Source: an uncultured virus (IMG/VR IMGVR_UViG_3300032233_002452) (lineage: Duplodnaviria; Heunggongvirae; Uroviricota; Caudoviricetes). Taken from it: a DNA stretch of 64,000 nt. The notes beneath the pieces are model-generated. The model worked only from the letters and a program-made list of their open reading frames with translations, did not search any database and had not been told where the DNA came from. The DNA lies in IMG/VR virus record IMGVR_UViG_3300032233_002452. The stretch is one strand, 5' to 3'. This document shows, one piece after another, positions 63,245-64,000 of the stretch (positions are counted from its first letter, which is position 1; every line of letters starts with the position of its first letter). The position numbers and the translations under genes were made by a program.

Positions 63245-64000
63245 TTACTTGCTTGTTGCCCGATAGGTGCCGTCCCAATCTTTTGGTGCGGTACCACCTT
63301 TAATTCTGTCATACATTACATCATAATAGTCACTCATTTCTGGAGTGGCATTCTTACACAATTCAATAACACCACAAGCTTTAGACCATTGACCTCTGTA
63401 GTAAAAGTCAAGGAAGGTTTTGTGTTGTTCCGTTTCATGTGCTAGTGTAAATATTTTTACACCTTCTTTTTTACCTTTAACTGCGATACAATCCAGTTCA
63501 AAGATATCATATTCATCTTTTACCAATTCTGCGGTTCTTTGACCTAAGACCATCTTTACAGCATAAGGTTTAGATTGTCCCTCTAAACGTGATGCAAGGT
63601 TTACGCCGTCACCTAGGCATGTGTAGTCAAATCGTTGGTCACTACCCATGTTACCTACAACCACGACCGCACTATTAATACCAAGACCCATACCGAATGC
63701 AGGAATGCCTTCAGCGGTTATCTCTTTGTTGAAATCTTCTAAACTTTCCATCATCTGCAATGCAGTCTTAACTGCCATGTGTGCATGTTGTGGTTCGTCT
63801 AGTGGTGCATTCCAAAATGCCATCTGAGCATCACCAATATATTTGTCTAGTGTACCATTATTGTCAATGATTTTTTTCGTCATTGCCGTCATGTAACGGT
63901 TCATAATCTTTGTTAGGCCTTGTACATCTCTACCATAGTGTTCTGAGATTGTGGTAAAACCACGAACATCGGTAAACATAATTGACAACTCACGTTCATC
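63245..64000 (-). CDS. Class III adenylate/guanylate cyclase, C-terminal part (starts beyond window end)
   Basis: MFTDVRGFT..SE, DKYIGDA.MAFW, VGNMGS..RFDYT.LGD.VNLASRLEG, VKGK. Confidence 0.92.
   Translation of the reverse strand, partial: DERELSIMFTDVRGFTTISEHYGRDVQGLTKIMNRYMTAMTKKIIDNNGTLDKYIGDAQMAFWNAPLDEPQHAHMAVKTALQMMESLEDFNKEITAEGIPAFGMGLGINSAVVVVGNMGSDQRFDYTCLGDGVNLASRLEGQSKPYAVKMVLGQRTAELVKDEYDIFELDCIAVKGKKEGVKIFTLAHETEQHKTFLDFYYRGQWSKACGVIELCKNATPEMSDYYDVMYDRIKGGTAPKDWDGTYRATSK

Overview
Segment of a large T4-like myophage genome. 1-23.7 kb (minus strand): an array of tail-fibre/receptor-binding genes paired with small chaperone-like genes, a split DUF4815/VrlC-type giant virion protein and gp8. 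23.7-39.8 kb: baseplate/tail module (gp7, gp6, gp25, split gp5, hub, gp53, gp48, gp4, gp2, gp19/54-like, gp26, gp51, tape-measure-like). 39.8-43.8 kb: gp32, HAD nucleotidase, gp59, gp33, DsbA, SleB-type hydrolase. 44.9-47.8 kb is the most striking region: a circularly permuted tmRNA (tag ANDSQFALAA) directly followed by a compact acyl-chain biosynthesis operon (AcpS-type PPTase, ACP, a 30-aa membrane peptide, a membrane fatty-acid desaturase, a FabF-type ketosynthase); a 32-aa Trp-rich ORF starts in the tmRNA intervening segment. 47.8-62.3 kb: early/accessory genes (exonuclease, DenV-like, MazG-like, GP88-like, ClpP, GalE, GT2, cytidylyltransferase-cupin, RNase H) with sigma70-type promoters, six of which carry an upstream TGTTG-N8-CAACA palindrome. 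The window ends in a class III nucleotidyl cyclase. Other signals: a likely -1 frameshift joining gp26 and gp51 before the tape-measure-like gene, apparently leaderless late mRNAs and a small structured RNA candidate. All product calls come from motif recognition by eye; no database searches were run.
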